Notes: generated by a model from the sequence alone, not told the origin. A DNA stretch of 64,000 nt from Gaiellales bacterium (GCA_964203045.1 CAXNKU010000005.1:34117-98116); one strand, 5' to 3'. Shown: positions 9,321 through 21,170, counted from the stretch's first letter. Numbers and translations are program-made.

Positions 9321-10313
9321 CTAGAAAATGACAACGGGAGTGCCGACATCAACCAGGCTGTAGAGCTTCTCCGCCGATGGGATAAACATGCGTATACATC
9401 CGTGGGAGGCGTAGCCACCAAGCGAGCTCGAGTCCGGTGTGCCGTGAAGGCCGATGTCTTGACGATCGAGGCCCATCCAACGAGTACCCAGTGGGTTGCT
9501 CGGACCTGGCGGCACCGGCTCCGAGTCCTTCGCCCAATCCGAAGCGGGCGGATACCACCACGGATCTTTCTGCATGTTGACGATCGTAAACTTGCCCGAT
9601 GGTGTCGGAAACGACGGCGCACCGACAGCAACCTTGAACTTCAGTACCGCCTTCGACTTGCCAGCGACTGGCGCATAGAGCCGCACGAGACGCTCGCCCT
9701 TCGAGACGGCAATCACATAGCCGAGCTGCTCGAGGGTGGCCGACGGGTTGATTGCGACGAGTGGTATCGCTTCCTGTTGTGCACGCAACAGAGGCTGGCC
9801 AATCGCAGCGCGAATCTGGCTCTCAACAAGCTTGCCGTTCGGCGCCGAGCCAGCCTTGCCGGGCTTGATCATCGGCTTTGCCTTAACCACCCAAGCCGAG
9901 ACACTGCCCTTGTCACTCGAGAGGCGCAAAATTCGCTTGACCTGATCCTTCAGTTTCGTCTCGCTGTACGTGGGTGTCACGGGCGTATTGCCAGCCGCGG
10001 TCCGCGCTACGGCGTCGGTGACCGCCGTCTGCGTGTCATAGACAGCTCCGAGTTGACTACTTCGCACCTTGAACACTCGAGTGTCGATGGTGATCACGAT
10101 CTGCTGCGCAAACGCCGCATTGACTGTTACGAGCGCCGTCGCTGCATCCATGCCGGAGATGTCGACGCCGGCGACGAGCGAGCCCGCAACGGCAATGCCA
10201 GGGGTCGGGGCGGGCGCAGGAACCGTTGTCGTGTCTTGCGCGGAGGCACTGGCGGCGCCTACGAAGAGTGCGAGCGTCAGGGCAAGTATGGAGGCGGGGT
10301 GACACAGTTGCAT
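9321..10313 (-). CDS. L,D-transpeptidase (YkuD domain)
   Basis: 330 aa. Signal peptide. C-terminal ..LGTRWMGLDRQDIGLHGTPDSSSLGGYASHGCIRM catalytic motif. Confidence 0.9.
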   Translation of the reverse strand: MQLCHPASILALTLALFVGAASASAQDTTTVPAPAPTPGIAVAGSLVAGVDISGMDAATALVTVNAAFAQQIVITIDTRVFKVRSSQLGAVYDTQTAVTDAVARTAAGNTPVTPTYSETKLKDQVKRILRLSSDKGSVSAWVVKAKPMIKPGKAGSAPNGKLVESQIRAAIGQPLLRAQQEAIPLVAINPSATLEQLGYVIAVSKGERLVRLYAPVAGKSKAVLKFKVAVGAPSFPTPSGKFTIVNMQKDPWWYPPASDWAKDSEPVPPGPSNPLGTRWMGLDRQDIGLHGTPDSSSLGGYASHGCIRMFIPSAEKLYSLVDVGTPVVIF

Positions 10314-10386
10314 CGTAAGTAACCGGTTTCAACTCTATCCCACGTTTTCCTTTGCCGATGCCGGTTGTGAGCCCGATCGCTACCGT

Positions 10387-10620
10387 ATGGACGTGTCGCA
10401 ACCACCGCTCAGTCCGGATGCCGCCGACCGCGAGCTCGAGGTTCAGCTTCAGACCGAGCTCGCCCTCGCTAAGGCAGAGCGTGAGGCCACGACGGTGCGT
10501 ACATCCGAGCGCCGCAGAGCCCGCTTCCGCTTCTTGCTGATCGTGCTGGTTTTGCTGGCAATCGCCGCGACCTTCGCGTACCTATCGCTGCAAACGCTGC
10601 GTTCTGCCTTCGGGGCCTGA
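10387..10620 (+). CDS. small hypothetical membrane protein
   Basis: 77 aa. Coiled-coil-like N-terminus and a single C-terminal TM (FRFLLIVLVLLAIAATFAYLSL). GC3-rich codons. No recognisable family. Confidence 0.5.
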   Translation: MDVSQPPLSPDAADRELEVQLQTELALAKAEREATTVRTSERRRARFRFLLIVLVLLAIAATFAYLSLQTLRSAFGA

Positions 10621-10654
10621 CGGGTCAAACCGCCGGGCGGTATACCCTGCCCGG

Positions 10655-11269
10655 ATGGCTCGCCGCAATTCGTCGCTCAAACCACAGCTCAATCAGGTCC
10701 GTACGTGGGTTGCCGAGGGCGTCACCGATATCTGGATCGCCCATCAGCTCGAGACCACGCCTGCCGAGGTCTCGGCGTTTCGCCGCCAGCAAGGGCTGCT
10801 GCGTCCCGATGAGGCGGCAGCTGCACCAGCCGCCCCGAAGCCGCGCCGAGCGCGCGCCAGCACGGCTGCAACTCCGCGCACACGCGCTCCGAAGGTCGCT
10901 GCCGAGGAGGCCTCGCTCGTCGAGTCCAGCGCGGACGACGCGCCAGACGAGGCGACAGCGGATGGCGAAGCCCCTGCCAAGCGCCGCCGTCGTGGCCGTC
11001 GTGGCGGCCGTGGTCGTGGTCGCTCCAAGGTCGAGACGATCGCCGCCACCCTCGAGCGCGACGATCAGGGCGTCACGATTCGGATCGATGCGGCTGTCCT
11101 CGAGCTGAACGTCTTCCGCGAGCACTGGCTCGAGTTGACGAGTGGCGTCATCACAGTCACCGCCGACGGCATCACGCTCGCAGTCGCGCCGCCCGAGAGC
11201 GACGAAGAGCCCGCAGACGACGTCGAGCAGGCTGTCACCGAGGACGAGTCGGAGCCGGCAACCAGCTAG
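10655..11269 (+). CDS. hypothetical protein (N-terminal HTH-like segment, Arg/Gly-rich centre, acidic tail)
   Basis: 204 aa. GC3-rich codon usage. RRRRGRRGGRGRGRS basic block. No family recognised. Confidence 0.6.
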   Translation: MARRNSSLKPQLNQVRTWVAEGVTDIWIAHQLETTPAEVSAFRRQQGLLRPDEAAAAPAAPKPRRARASTAATPRTRAPKVAAEEASLVESSADDAPDEATADGEAPAKRRRRGRRGGRGRGRSKVETIAATLERDDQGVTIRIDAAVLELNVFREHWLELTSGVITVTADGITLAVAPPESDEEPADDVEQAVTEDESEPATS

Positions 11270-11322
11270 TCGGTCGCCGTTCGCGCCTCGACAGCGCAAT
11301 CAGCTATGTGGCCGTGCTCCAA

Positions 11323-11441
11323 GGAGGATGCGACGAAGGGGTCAGACCCTTTTGTCGCATGCCCGCCCCATTCAGCAGAGGAGCCAGAGACCTCACTATG
11401 GGAATGCGACAAAAGGGTCTGACCCCTTCGTCGCATCCTCC
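11323..11441. repeat. perfect 38-bp inverted repeat (arms 11323-11360 and 11404-11441, 43-nt spacer); each arm is itself a hairpin
   Basis: Left arm ggaggATGCGACgaaggggtcagaccctttt GTCGCAT; the right arm is its exact reverse complement. Coordinates anchored on track ORF 11308..11553. Loop carries GGGGTCAGACCC. Confidence 0.9.
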
Positions 11442-11812
11442 CTGCCGTACGAGCGGACCTGGATTGCGCGTGGTGGGTGACGCGCTACTTGCGTGCGTCG
11501 CGCGCGCTGCGCTGCAGACGAGCGCAGGCGAGGTCGACGAGCAGCGGCGTTGAGCGTGGCGGCGGCGTTTGGGCTCGCGGCATCGAGCGCGACGTCTGGA
11601 GCCCAACGGTCCGCTTCGCGCCACACGTCAGCGAGTTGGTCCAGGGAGTACGACTGTCCCACTTTGCGGACGAGCTCGCTGTAGATCGCCGCGTAAGCCC
11701 GCTCGAACGCGCCGAGGCCCCGGACGTCGAGCCCCGCACGCACACGGCGAGCAGTGCCGGGCGCCTCGCCCCAGGCCTGGATCGCCACTTCCGTCTTGGG
11801 ATTCGGGTTCAC
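11399..11812 (-). CDS. hypothetical protein (C-terminus uncertain, runs into the inverted repeat)
   Basis: GTG at 11812 overlaps the DUF501 stop (GTGA). VNPNPKTEVAIQAWGEAPG...LDQLADVWREADRWAPDV looks coding. The last ~45 codons are Arg-rich, and the final 16 aa are encoded by the repeat arm. Confidence 0.4.
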
Positions 11813-12312
11813 GTCAGCTGCTCCATGCAACACCGCGTCGGCAGGCCACCGGCCTCGGCCAGCAGCGCCTCGCCAATGGGGTACGGTGGCGCTGCGAGGG
11901 CAAAGGCCACGTGGGCATGAAGGCACTTGACGCCACGCTCCGAATGCACGCCGCCAATGCCGAGCCCAAACTCAGGCCGTAACGCTCGGTGCCGCTCCAT
12001 CGCCTCGTCGAAGCCAGCCGCGAGCTCGGGATCGAGCGCAAGGCGCGCCTCGAGTGCCTTGACGCCTCCCTCCCCCTCCAATACGCCAACCGCGTGGACG
12101 AGCCCGGGACAGGAAAGCCAATACGCCGTCGGGAACGGCGTGCCATCTGGTGTGACCGGCGGCTGCTCCACCACGACGGGCCACCCAGCAACACAGCGGC
12201 ACGCCACGCGCAGTGGCGGATACGGCGTTCGCCCTAGCTGTTGCTCGAGGCGAGCCAGGTCTGTCGCATCAATCACGGGCACAGCGTACGCGGGAGGAGC
12301 CTCTGCACGCAC
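11809..12312 (-). CDS. DUF501 domain protein
   Basis: 167 aa. ..PFPTAYWLSCPGLVHAVGVLEGEGGVKALE.. matches the conserved DUF501 core (FPT.YWLTCP...LE..GG). In actinobacteria this family sits next to eno/ftsB. Confidence 0.75.
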   Translation of the reverse strand: MRAEAPPAYAVPVIDATDLARLEQQLGRTPYPPLRVACRCVAGWPVVVEQPPVTPDGTPFPTAYWLSCPGLVHAVGVLEGEGGVKALEARLALDPELAAGFDEAMERHRALRPEFGLGIGGVHSERGVKCLHAHVAFALAAPPYPIGEALLAEAGGLPTRCCMEQLT

Positions 12313-12327
12313 GGCGAATCGGTCAGC

Positions 12328-12579
12328 GTGCGCAAGCTGATCATCATTGGTGTCGTGGTGTTACTGGGTGTGTTGTTCGTGCAGCCGATCCGCGCCTACC
12401 GCGCTGCGCAGTCCGAATTGACGACCGCGCGTGAGCAGCTCGACAGCGCCCGTGCGATCAAGGAACGCGCCGTCAAGGAACGCGATGCCCTCGGCACACG
12501 CGAAATGCTGGTGCGCGAGGCGCGCCGACGCGGCTACATCTTTCCCGGCGAGACACCGTTCTCCGTCGGTAACCGCTAG
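12328..12579 (+). CDS. ftsB: septum formation initiator family protein (FtsB/DivIC-like)
   Basis: Taken from an in-frame GTG of track ORF 12241..12579, because the longer form would overlap the divergent DUF501 start. One TM (KLIIIGVVVLLGVLFV), then a coiled coil, then ..VREARRRGYIFPGETPFSV. Confidence 0.7.
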   Translation: MRKLIIIGVVVLLGVLFVQPIRAYRAAQSELTTAREQLDSARAIKERAVKERDALGTREMLVREARRRGYIFPGETPFSVGNR

Positions 12580-12803
12580 GCGGACACCACATCCGCGCGG
12601 TTGTGATGTCCGCAGGTGGAGTAGCGGCAACTGCTGGGAGGACATGACAAACCGGGGTTTGTGGTGTCCCCCTGCACTAACGACACAGGGCTGCTCGACG
12701 TAACGTTCGAGGGGGACACCACAAACCCCGGTTTGTCATGTCCCCTCAGCCCCAGCGAAGATCCCACCTGCGGACATCACAACCGCGCGGATGTGGTGTC
12801 CGC
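12580..12803. repeat. composite nested inverted repeat made of four hairpin units (family A)
   Basis: 12580-12619 gcggacaccacatccgcgcggttgtgatgtccgcaggtgg is the exact reverse complement of 12764-12803. The inner units 12636-12672 and 12711-12745 (ggacatgacaaaccggggtttgtggtgtccccc) are also mutual reverse complements. Lies between convergent ftsB and the deacetylase gene. Confidence 0.9.
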
Positions 12804-12829
12804 CTCGTACGCAAACGCGAACGGTTGCG

Positions 12830-14050
12830 CTACGACTGCTTAAAGGTGCCGGCGTTCCACTTCGCCAGCTGCGCCGGCGTCTGCTCGTCGAGCCAGCGGG
12901 CGAGGGTGATGAAGTTGACGCAGGCGGTCTCGGGACGCGTGCAGGCGTCGCGTAGGGTCCGCTCGAGAGCATTCATGTACGCACCCTTGTTCCAGTTCGC
13001 GAAATGCGAACCCGTGATGTAGGGCGCACGGTTGCCGCGGTACAGCGAGTTGATCGCATTCATGTAGCTCTGGTAGGTCGTCTGTTCAAACTCGTCGGCC
13101 TGAGCCTGCGTCTCAGCCTGGCCATGGTTGACATAAAAGTTGTAGTCCATCGCCATGGTGTCGTACTTCGATCCGACACGTTTGATCGACGGCAACGCAA
13201 AGTTCCAGAGTCCCTGCTGCTTCGTCGGCCACGCCCCGAGGATGCCGGCCTGGCTCGCGTCGTACTCGAACCCAACCTGCTTCATCGCGTCATACAGCAG
13301 TGGCTTGTTGCCCGACAGGCACGGCGTGCGTCCACCATGAAAGTCCTGCTTCGTGTAGATCGGTGTGGGAATGTTGCTGAGACCATTGACGCCCACAGGA
13401 TCGAGCATGAATTGCTCCCACTGAGACTGCTCACTCACCCACTCTGCCGACGACCAAGCATCCGACTGTTCGCAGAGATGCGAGACGTAGTGCGAACCAA
13501 TCTCGTGCCCCAACGCGCGGGCAGTGTTGAAGTCGGTGACGTTATCGACGAGATTTTCGGCAGCCGACTTCGGCCCGGCGAGTTCGGCATAGCCACCAAG
13601 ATTCGAGAAGCCTCGTGGTTCCTGGGGCGGCTGATACGCGTCTTTCTTCTCCGGTAACAACATGTAGATGCCGCTCACGAAGAAGGTGAAACGCGCGCCA
13701 ACGTCATCGGCCACCTTGAGCCAGCGCTGATACATGCGATAGTCGGCTGCGCCGTCGAACGACGAAACGATGAACTGCGGCGGACGCCCATTCGCAAGCG
13801 CCGTTGCGATAGCGGCTTTCGCCTGCGGCGAAGGCTCCCAATCGGGCAGGATCTGGCTCGGATCGACCGGAACGCCACCACCGTCTGCTCCGTCACCCGC
13901 AGCTGCAGCCTGCTGCTGCTGTCGTCTGTGCCTGCTCAGCCGGCTGCTGTGCATCGGCGTTGGCTTTGTCGTTTGCCTTCGCCTTGGCCGGAACCACCGC
14001 AACCTGCGAGCTGGTTGGATCCTCGCCGCGCGGCCACGCCATCGCGCCAC
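12830..14050 (-). CDS. polysaccharide deacetylase-like (NodB-type) protein; N-terminal signal-anchor appears to lie in another frame
   Basis: 406-aa ORF. ..FIVSSFDGAADYRMY..ARFTFFVSG..GHEIGSHYVSH.. The ORF's own N-terminus (MARWRGRAARIQPARRLRW..) is implausible. Overlapping ORF 13893..14159 encodes a proper membrane anchor (RRRRIVLLLVLATALVVVGGAMAW). Confidence 0.7.
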   Translation of the reverse strand: MARWRGRAARIQPARRLRWFRPRRRQTTKPTPMHSSRLSRHRRQQQQAAAAGDGADGGGVPVDPSQILPDWEPSPQAKAAIATALANGRPPQFIVSSFDGAADYRMYQRWLKVADDVGARFTFFVSGIYMLLPEKKDAYQPPQEPRGFSNLGGYAELAGPKSAAENLVDNVTDFNTARALGHEIGSHYVSHLCEQSDAWSSAEWVSEQSQWEQFMLDPVGVNGLSNIPTPIYTKQDFHGGRTPCLSGNKPLLYDAMKQVGFEYDASQAGILGAWPTKQQGLWNFALPSIKRVGSKYDTMAMDYNFYVNHGQAETQAQADEFEQTTYQSYMNAINSLYRGNRAPYITGSHFANWNKGAYMNALERTLRDACTRPETACVNFITLARWLDEQTPAQLAKWNAGTFKQS

Positions 14051-14273
14051 CCACCACGACGAGCGCCGTCGCGAGCACGAGCAGGAGCACGATCCGTCGA
14101 CGGCGCACGGCCGCCCGCTGACGGTGCTTGGTGTAACGGGCTGTGGAGCGAGTGGCCATCAGGAGTTCTCGCGCGAATCGGGAGATTCAGCGCTCTGCCC
14201 TGACTGTACGACCGGTTGACGGCTATCTCCTGCCCTAAACGGGGGGCCCGCACACGTTGTTACAGATTCGAGA

Positions 14274-16630
<2,357 letters not shown>

Positions 16631-16633
16631 CCG

Positions 16634-17710
16634 TTAGCCCGTAGTCGTTTCCGTCGAAGTGGTCTGCGCCGGCGGCATCGAGTAGCCCTTGGCGAAGGCC
16701 GTCTTGCTCTCGTACGACTTCTGCACGCCCTCGAACCACTTCGTCGCGACCTCATTCTTCTTGGCCTGCGTCAGCTCGTCGATGATCTGCTGCTTGACCT
16801 CGTCGAACGCCTTGACCGTAGCGGGCGTGATCGGGCCGAGCGCCTTGATGATGTGGCACCCGAACTGCGACTGGACCGGCGGATCGGTGATGTCACCCGT
16901 GTTGGCGAGACCGAAAGCACCCTTACGGAAATCGGCATCCCAGTTCTCGTCATCGGTGATCGTGTACTCGCCACCCGTGTCCTTCGAGCCAGGGTCGGCC
17001 GAGTACTTCTTGACAAGCGCCTTCCAATCCTTGGGGTTGGCCTCGACTTCCTTGAGCACCTCAGCAGCCTTGACACAATCGGCGTCCGTGCCCTTCCCCT
17101 TGGGAGCGACGTCGAGCAGAATGTGTGCGACCTTGCGCGACTGCGCCGTCGTGTACTTCTCTTTTTTGTCCTTGTCGAACTGCTTCTGCGCCTCTTCGGC
17201 CGTCACTTTGACACCCTTGGTGACATCGTCGTAGAGCCCCTGAGCCTGCTGACGCAACTCGAACTGTGCCATCAGCTGGGCTTCCGTCAAGCCCTGATCC
17301 TTGAGGTACTTCTGGTACTTGGCTGGCTTGTTCTCGCAGCACTGCAGCTTGAACGCCTCGAGATCGGCGTCGACCTTCTTGGGATCGACCTTGATCTTCT
17401 TCGCCGTGGCTTCCTGCGCGATCTCTGCGTTCTGGACGAGACTCTGCAGCACCTGCTGCTTCAGCGTCGTCTCCTCGGCAGAGCCCTTCTTGGGCGCCGT
17501 CTGCCCATTGGCAACGCCTTGCTTGACGGCGGAGTCGTAGAGCGAATCAAACTCGGCCTGCGTCAGCTGCTGCGACCCGACTGCAGCCACGCTGCCCGCT
17601 GCAACCGTCGGCTTCTCACCCGAGCTCGAGCCCGAATCGGAGCCGCCACAGGCTGCAACGAAGAGCGCCAGGGCGACGAGCAGGATAACGAGCGAAGTGA
17701 CTTTACGCAT
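16634..17710 (-). CDS. parvulin-type peptidyl-prolyl isomerase lipoprotein (PrsA/SurA-like)
   Basis: 358 aa. Lipobox LFVAACGGS. Parvulin core VAHILL..SADPGSKDTGGEY..FGCHIIKAL. Confidence 0.85.
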   Translation of the reverse strand: MRKVTSLVILLVALALFVAACGGSDSGSSSGEKPTVAAGSVAAVGSQQLTQAEFDSLYDSAVKQGVANGQTAPKKGSAEETTLKQQVLQSLVQNAEIAQEATAKKIKVDPKKVDADLEAFKLQCCENKPAKYQKYLKDQGLTEAQLMAQFELRQQAQGLYDDVTKGVKVTAEEAQKQFDKDKKEKYTTAQSRKVAHILLDVAPKGKGTDADCVKAAEVLKEVEANPKDWKALVKKYSADPGSKDTGGEYTITDDENWDADFRKGAFGLANTGDITDPPVQSQFGCHIIKALGPITPATVKAFDEVKQQIIDELTQAKKNEVATKWFEGVQKSYESKTAFAKGYSMPPAQTTSTETTTG

Positions 17711-17759
17711 AGGAAGGTCTCCAGAAAGGAAGTTGGTTCGAACTCACGCGGCTGGGAAA

Positions 17760-20700
17760 CTATGCCCCGATGGGCGCTTCCGAACGCAGCCCGATCATAG
17801 CATCGGCTAGTTCGCCAGCCCGCTCGAGCAGTGAGCCGGATTCCCGTGGCGGCAACCCAATGTCGTCCTTCGTCATGGCAGCACGCAGGTCCGGGAATTG
17901 CTCGCGCAGTGCTCGTACCTCATCGAGCGTGATGCGCGCACCACGAATCTGCACGCCATCCTTCCGCACCTGGATTGCGACAGCTCCAAGCGGAGCGACT
18001 GACAGGCGGAGTTCCTGCATGCCGATCAGGTTGGCAACCGGCTCGGGCACAGGGCCAAAGCGATCGGCGAGCTCGAGTTCGAGGTCGCGCAACTGGTCAA
18101 TCTCCGTGGCCAGAGCAATGCGGCGATGGACATCCATCTTGACCGCTTCGAGCCCCACGTAGTCGGCCGGCACGTAGGCATCGAGAGCGACGTCGATGCG
18201 GGGGCCAGCAGCGAGCGTCTCAGGTGCCACGCCCTGCAGATCTGCGACGGCTTCGGCCAGCAGGTCGCAGTAGAGCTCGAAACCGATCGCAGCGACATGG
18301 CCCGACTGCTCGTCACCGAGCAGATTGCCAGCACCTCGCAGCTCGAGATCGCGCATCGCGACACGAAAACCCGAGCCGAGCTCGGTGTAGTCGGCGAGCG
18401 CGGCGAGGCGTGCACGCGCCTCCTCACTCAAATCGGTGGCATCGGGATAGAGCAGATACGCGTGGGCGGTCACGTCGGACCGGCCGACACGACCACGGAT
18501 CTGGTACAGCTGGGAGAGGCCGAGCAGGTCGGCACGCTCGACAATCAACGTATTGGCCGTCGGAATGTCGAGTCCCGACTCGATGATCGTTGTCGCCACG
18601 AGCACGTCTTGATCGCCCCGGAGGAACGACGCCATTGCCTCCTCGAGCTCGCGCTCCGACATCTGGCCATGACCAATTCCGAAACGCAGTTCGGGACACA
18701 GCTGCCGCAGGTGCGCGGTGGCCTCCTCGATCGTCTCGACTCGGTTGTGGAGGTAAAAAGCCTGCCCGCCACGCTCGATCTCGCGCCGCAACGCGCCCGC
18801 TATCTGCTCGTCGTCGTACTCACCAACGTGCGTGTGAATGGGACGACGTCCACGTGGTGGCGTCGCAATCACCGAGATATCGCGCAGTCCCGCAAGCGAC
18901 ATGTGCAGCGTGCGTGGAATCGGTGTGGCCGACAGCGCGAGCACATCGACCTCGGTACGCATCTGCCGCAGCAGCTCTTTCTGAGCCACACCAAAACGCT
19001 GCTCCTCATCGACGATCACGAGCCCAAGATCGGCCGGGACCACATCGCGCGAGAGCACGCGGTGAGTGCCAAGCAGCAGGTCGACCTCACCAGCACGGAA
19101 GCCATCGACAGCCGCCTTGGCCTCCTTGGCGCTGCGCATGCGGGAAACGACCTCGATTCGGATCGGCAGGTCGAGCATGCGGTTACGGAACGTTGCGCCG
19201 TGCTGCTGCGCGAGGATCGTGGTCGGTGCGAGCATCAACACCTGTTTGCCCGATTCGATCACGCGCACCGCGGCGCGCAACGCGACCTCGGTCTTGCCAA
19301 AGCCAACGTCACCGCAGATCAGTCGATCCATCGGGCGATCCTGGGAGAGATCGTCCATTACCTCCTCGATCGCGCGGGCCTGGTCGTCGGTCTCGCTGTA
19401 GGGGAAGCCCTCCTCGACGCGTTGCAGCAGTTCGCCCGGTTCGCTGTGCGCGACACCCGGCACGGCCTGGCGCTGGGCATACAGCACGAGCAGCTCGCCG
19501 GCCATCTCGCGCACGGCCGTGCGCGCACGCGTCTTCAGCTGCAGCCACGACTTGCCACCGAGCTTCGAGAGCGCTGGCTCTCGCCCATCGGCGCCGACGT
19601 AGCGCGTCAGCTTGCTGATCTGCTCGTGGGGCAGGTAGAGCCGGTCCTCGCCACGGAATGCAAGATCGAGGTAGTCGCGCGTGACGCCACCGACGGTGCG
19701 TGTCTCGAAGCGCTCGAACCGCCCAACGCCATGGTCTTCGTGGACGACGACATCGCCGGGACGCAGGTCGCCGAACGACGAAATCGCGCGACTCCCGCGG
19801 GTCGGCGCACTGCGTCGCGAGCGGAACAGGCCGCCGCCGGCGATCACCGCAATCCGAGCCGTTGAGGCAACCATGCCGCGACGGAGGGCTGACGTGACGG
19901 CATAGACGCCAGCGGCCTTTGGCAACTGCTCGCCTTCCTCCAGCCATTGGACATCGACACGCTTGAGTTGACGCACGGCGCGATCGGCATCGCCCGTGTG
20001 AGCGAACGAGAGCACCACACGCAGGTCGCGTCGCACGAGTCCCTGCAAGGCGCGCTCGATCTCCGCCAGACCACGCGCTGCCAGCGCCGGTGGGTGTCCT
20101 TCAAAGACGACAGCCTGTCCGCTCGGCAGCAGGTCGAGCCGATGAGCACCCTCAAGGGTCTCGGCGAGCACCTCGTGTGTCAGGTACGCGCGGCGCGCAG
20201 AGCCGAGGATCTCCTCGATGCGTTCGCGACCGGCCGCCAAGATCTCGGGGGCATCCCAGAGGACCAGCGGACCGGCAGCCAATAGTTCGGGAGCCAGTGC
20301 GACGAGACCTTCGGGGAGGTGCGGACCCTCATCGCCCAACCGCTCAGGCACGTCGCCTGCGTCGCCGTCGACGGCCGGGTGGACCGTGATCGCCTCAAGC
20401 ACACCCAACGAGCGCTGCGTGAGCGTCGAGAATGACGAGAGCCGCTCGATCTCATCGCCATAGAGCTCGACACGAGCCGGCTCGCGGCCCGTCGTCGGAA
20501 AGATGTCAACGACGTCGCCGCGAACGGAGACTTGCCCGCGCTCGTCGACTGCACCATCAACACGCTCGTAGCCCATCGTCACGAGCCGGCCGACGAGGAC
20601 GTCCCGATCGTGCGTGTCGCCGCGGCGGATCGTAAAGCCCTGTGGACGGGTCGCGCGGCCCGGCAGCTTCTCGACCAGCGCCTCGACCGAGACGGCGACG

Positions 20701-21107
20701 ATGCCGCCTTCTGCCAAGACCGCAAGCGCGTGCGCGCGCTCGCCCACGAGGTGCGGCGACGGATCGAGCCCAGAGCCCCAGTCGACACCGCGGTGCGGCA
20801 GAAAGGCAACGGCAGCCGTTGGTGCAAAGGCGGCAATCGCGTCGGCTAACTCGCGTGCCCGATCATCGTCGGCCACGACGATCGACAGCGCAGCGCGATC
20901 CGTGTCGCGCCGCCATTGATGCAACGACGCCACGACGAGCGGCAAGATCGCCTCGGCACAGCGTGCGGCCACCGGTGAGGTCGAGCCGAGCCGATTAGCG
21001 ACCTGCTCGACTCCATCGGTCTCGGCAAACGCGGCAGTAATCGCCTCGAGGCCAGCGATCGCCTCCGGCGGCGGTGTCGGTTGCGGAGTAGTGTTCTCTT
21101 CGTCCAT
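17760..21107 (-). CDS. mfd: transcription-repair coupling factor
   Basis: Track ORF runs to 21167; the ATG at 21107 (MDEENTTPQP) is preferred. Superfamily-2 helicase motifs GDVGFGKTEVA, DEEQRFG, plus CarD-like and TRG regions. Confidence 0.93.
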   Translation of the reverse strand: MDEENTTPQPTPPPEAIAGLEAITAAFAETDGVEQVANRLGSTSPVAARCAEAILPLVVASLHQWRRDTDRAALSIVVADDDRARELADAIAAFAPTAAVAFLPHRGVDWGSGLDPSPHLVGERAHALAVLAEGGIVAVSVEALVEKLPGRATRPQGFTIRRGDTHDRDVLVGRLVTMGYERVDGAVDERGQVSVRGDVVDIFPTTGREPARVELYGDEIERLSSFSTLTQRSLGVLEAITVHPAVDGDAGDVPERLGDEGPHLPEGLVALAPELLAAGPLVLWDAPEILAAGRERIEEILGSARRAYLTHEVLAETLEGAHRLDLLPSGQAVVFEGHPPALAARGLAEIERALQGLVRRDLRVVLSFAHTGDADRAVRQLKRVDVQWLEEGEQLPKAAGVYAVTSALRRGMVASTARIAVIAGGGLFRSRRSAPTRGSRAISSFGDLRPGDVVVHEDHGVGRFERFETRTVGGVTRDYLDLAFRGEDRLYLPHEQISKLTRYVGADGREPALSKLGGKSWLQLKTRARTAVREMAGELLVLYAQRQAVPGVAHSEPGELLQRVEEGFPYSETDDQARAIEEVMDDLSQDRPMDRLICGDVGFGKTEVALRAAVRVIESGKQVLMLAPTTILAQQHGATFRNRMLDLPIRIEVVSRMRSAKEAKAAVDGFRAGEVDLLLGTHRVLSRDVVPADLGLVIVDEEQRFGVAQKELLRQMRTEVDVLALSATPIPRTLHMSLAGLRDISVIATPPRGRRPIHTHVGEYDDEQIAGALRREIERGGQAFYLHNRVETIEEATAHLRQLCPELRFGIGHGQMSERELEEAMASFLRGDQDVLVATTIIESGLDIPTANTLIVERADLLGLSQLYQIRGRVGRSDVTAHAYLLYPDATDLSEEARARLAALADYTELGSGFRVAMRDLELRGAGNLLGDEQSGHVAAIGFELYCDLLAEAVADLQGVAPETLAAGPRIDVALDAYVPADYVGLEAVKMDVHRRIALATEIDQLRDLELELADRFGPVPEPVANLIGMQELRLSVAPLGAVAIQVRKDGVQIRGARITLDEVRALREQFPDLRAAMTKDDIGLPPRESGSLLERAGELADAMIGLRSEAPIGA

Positions 21108-21170
21108 AGGATTCACGCGCCGGAGCGGCCGTCGAAGCCTACGTCCATACCGCCCACCGGGAGTCAACGC

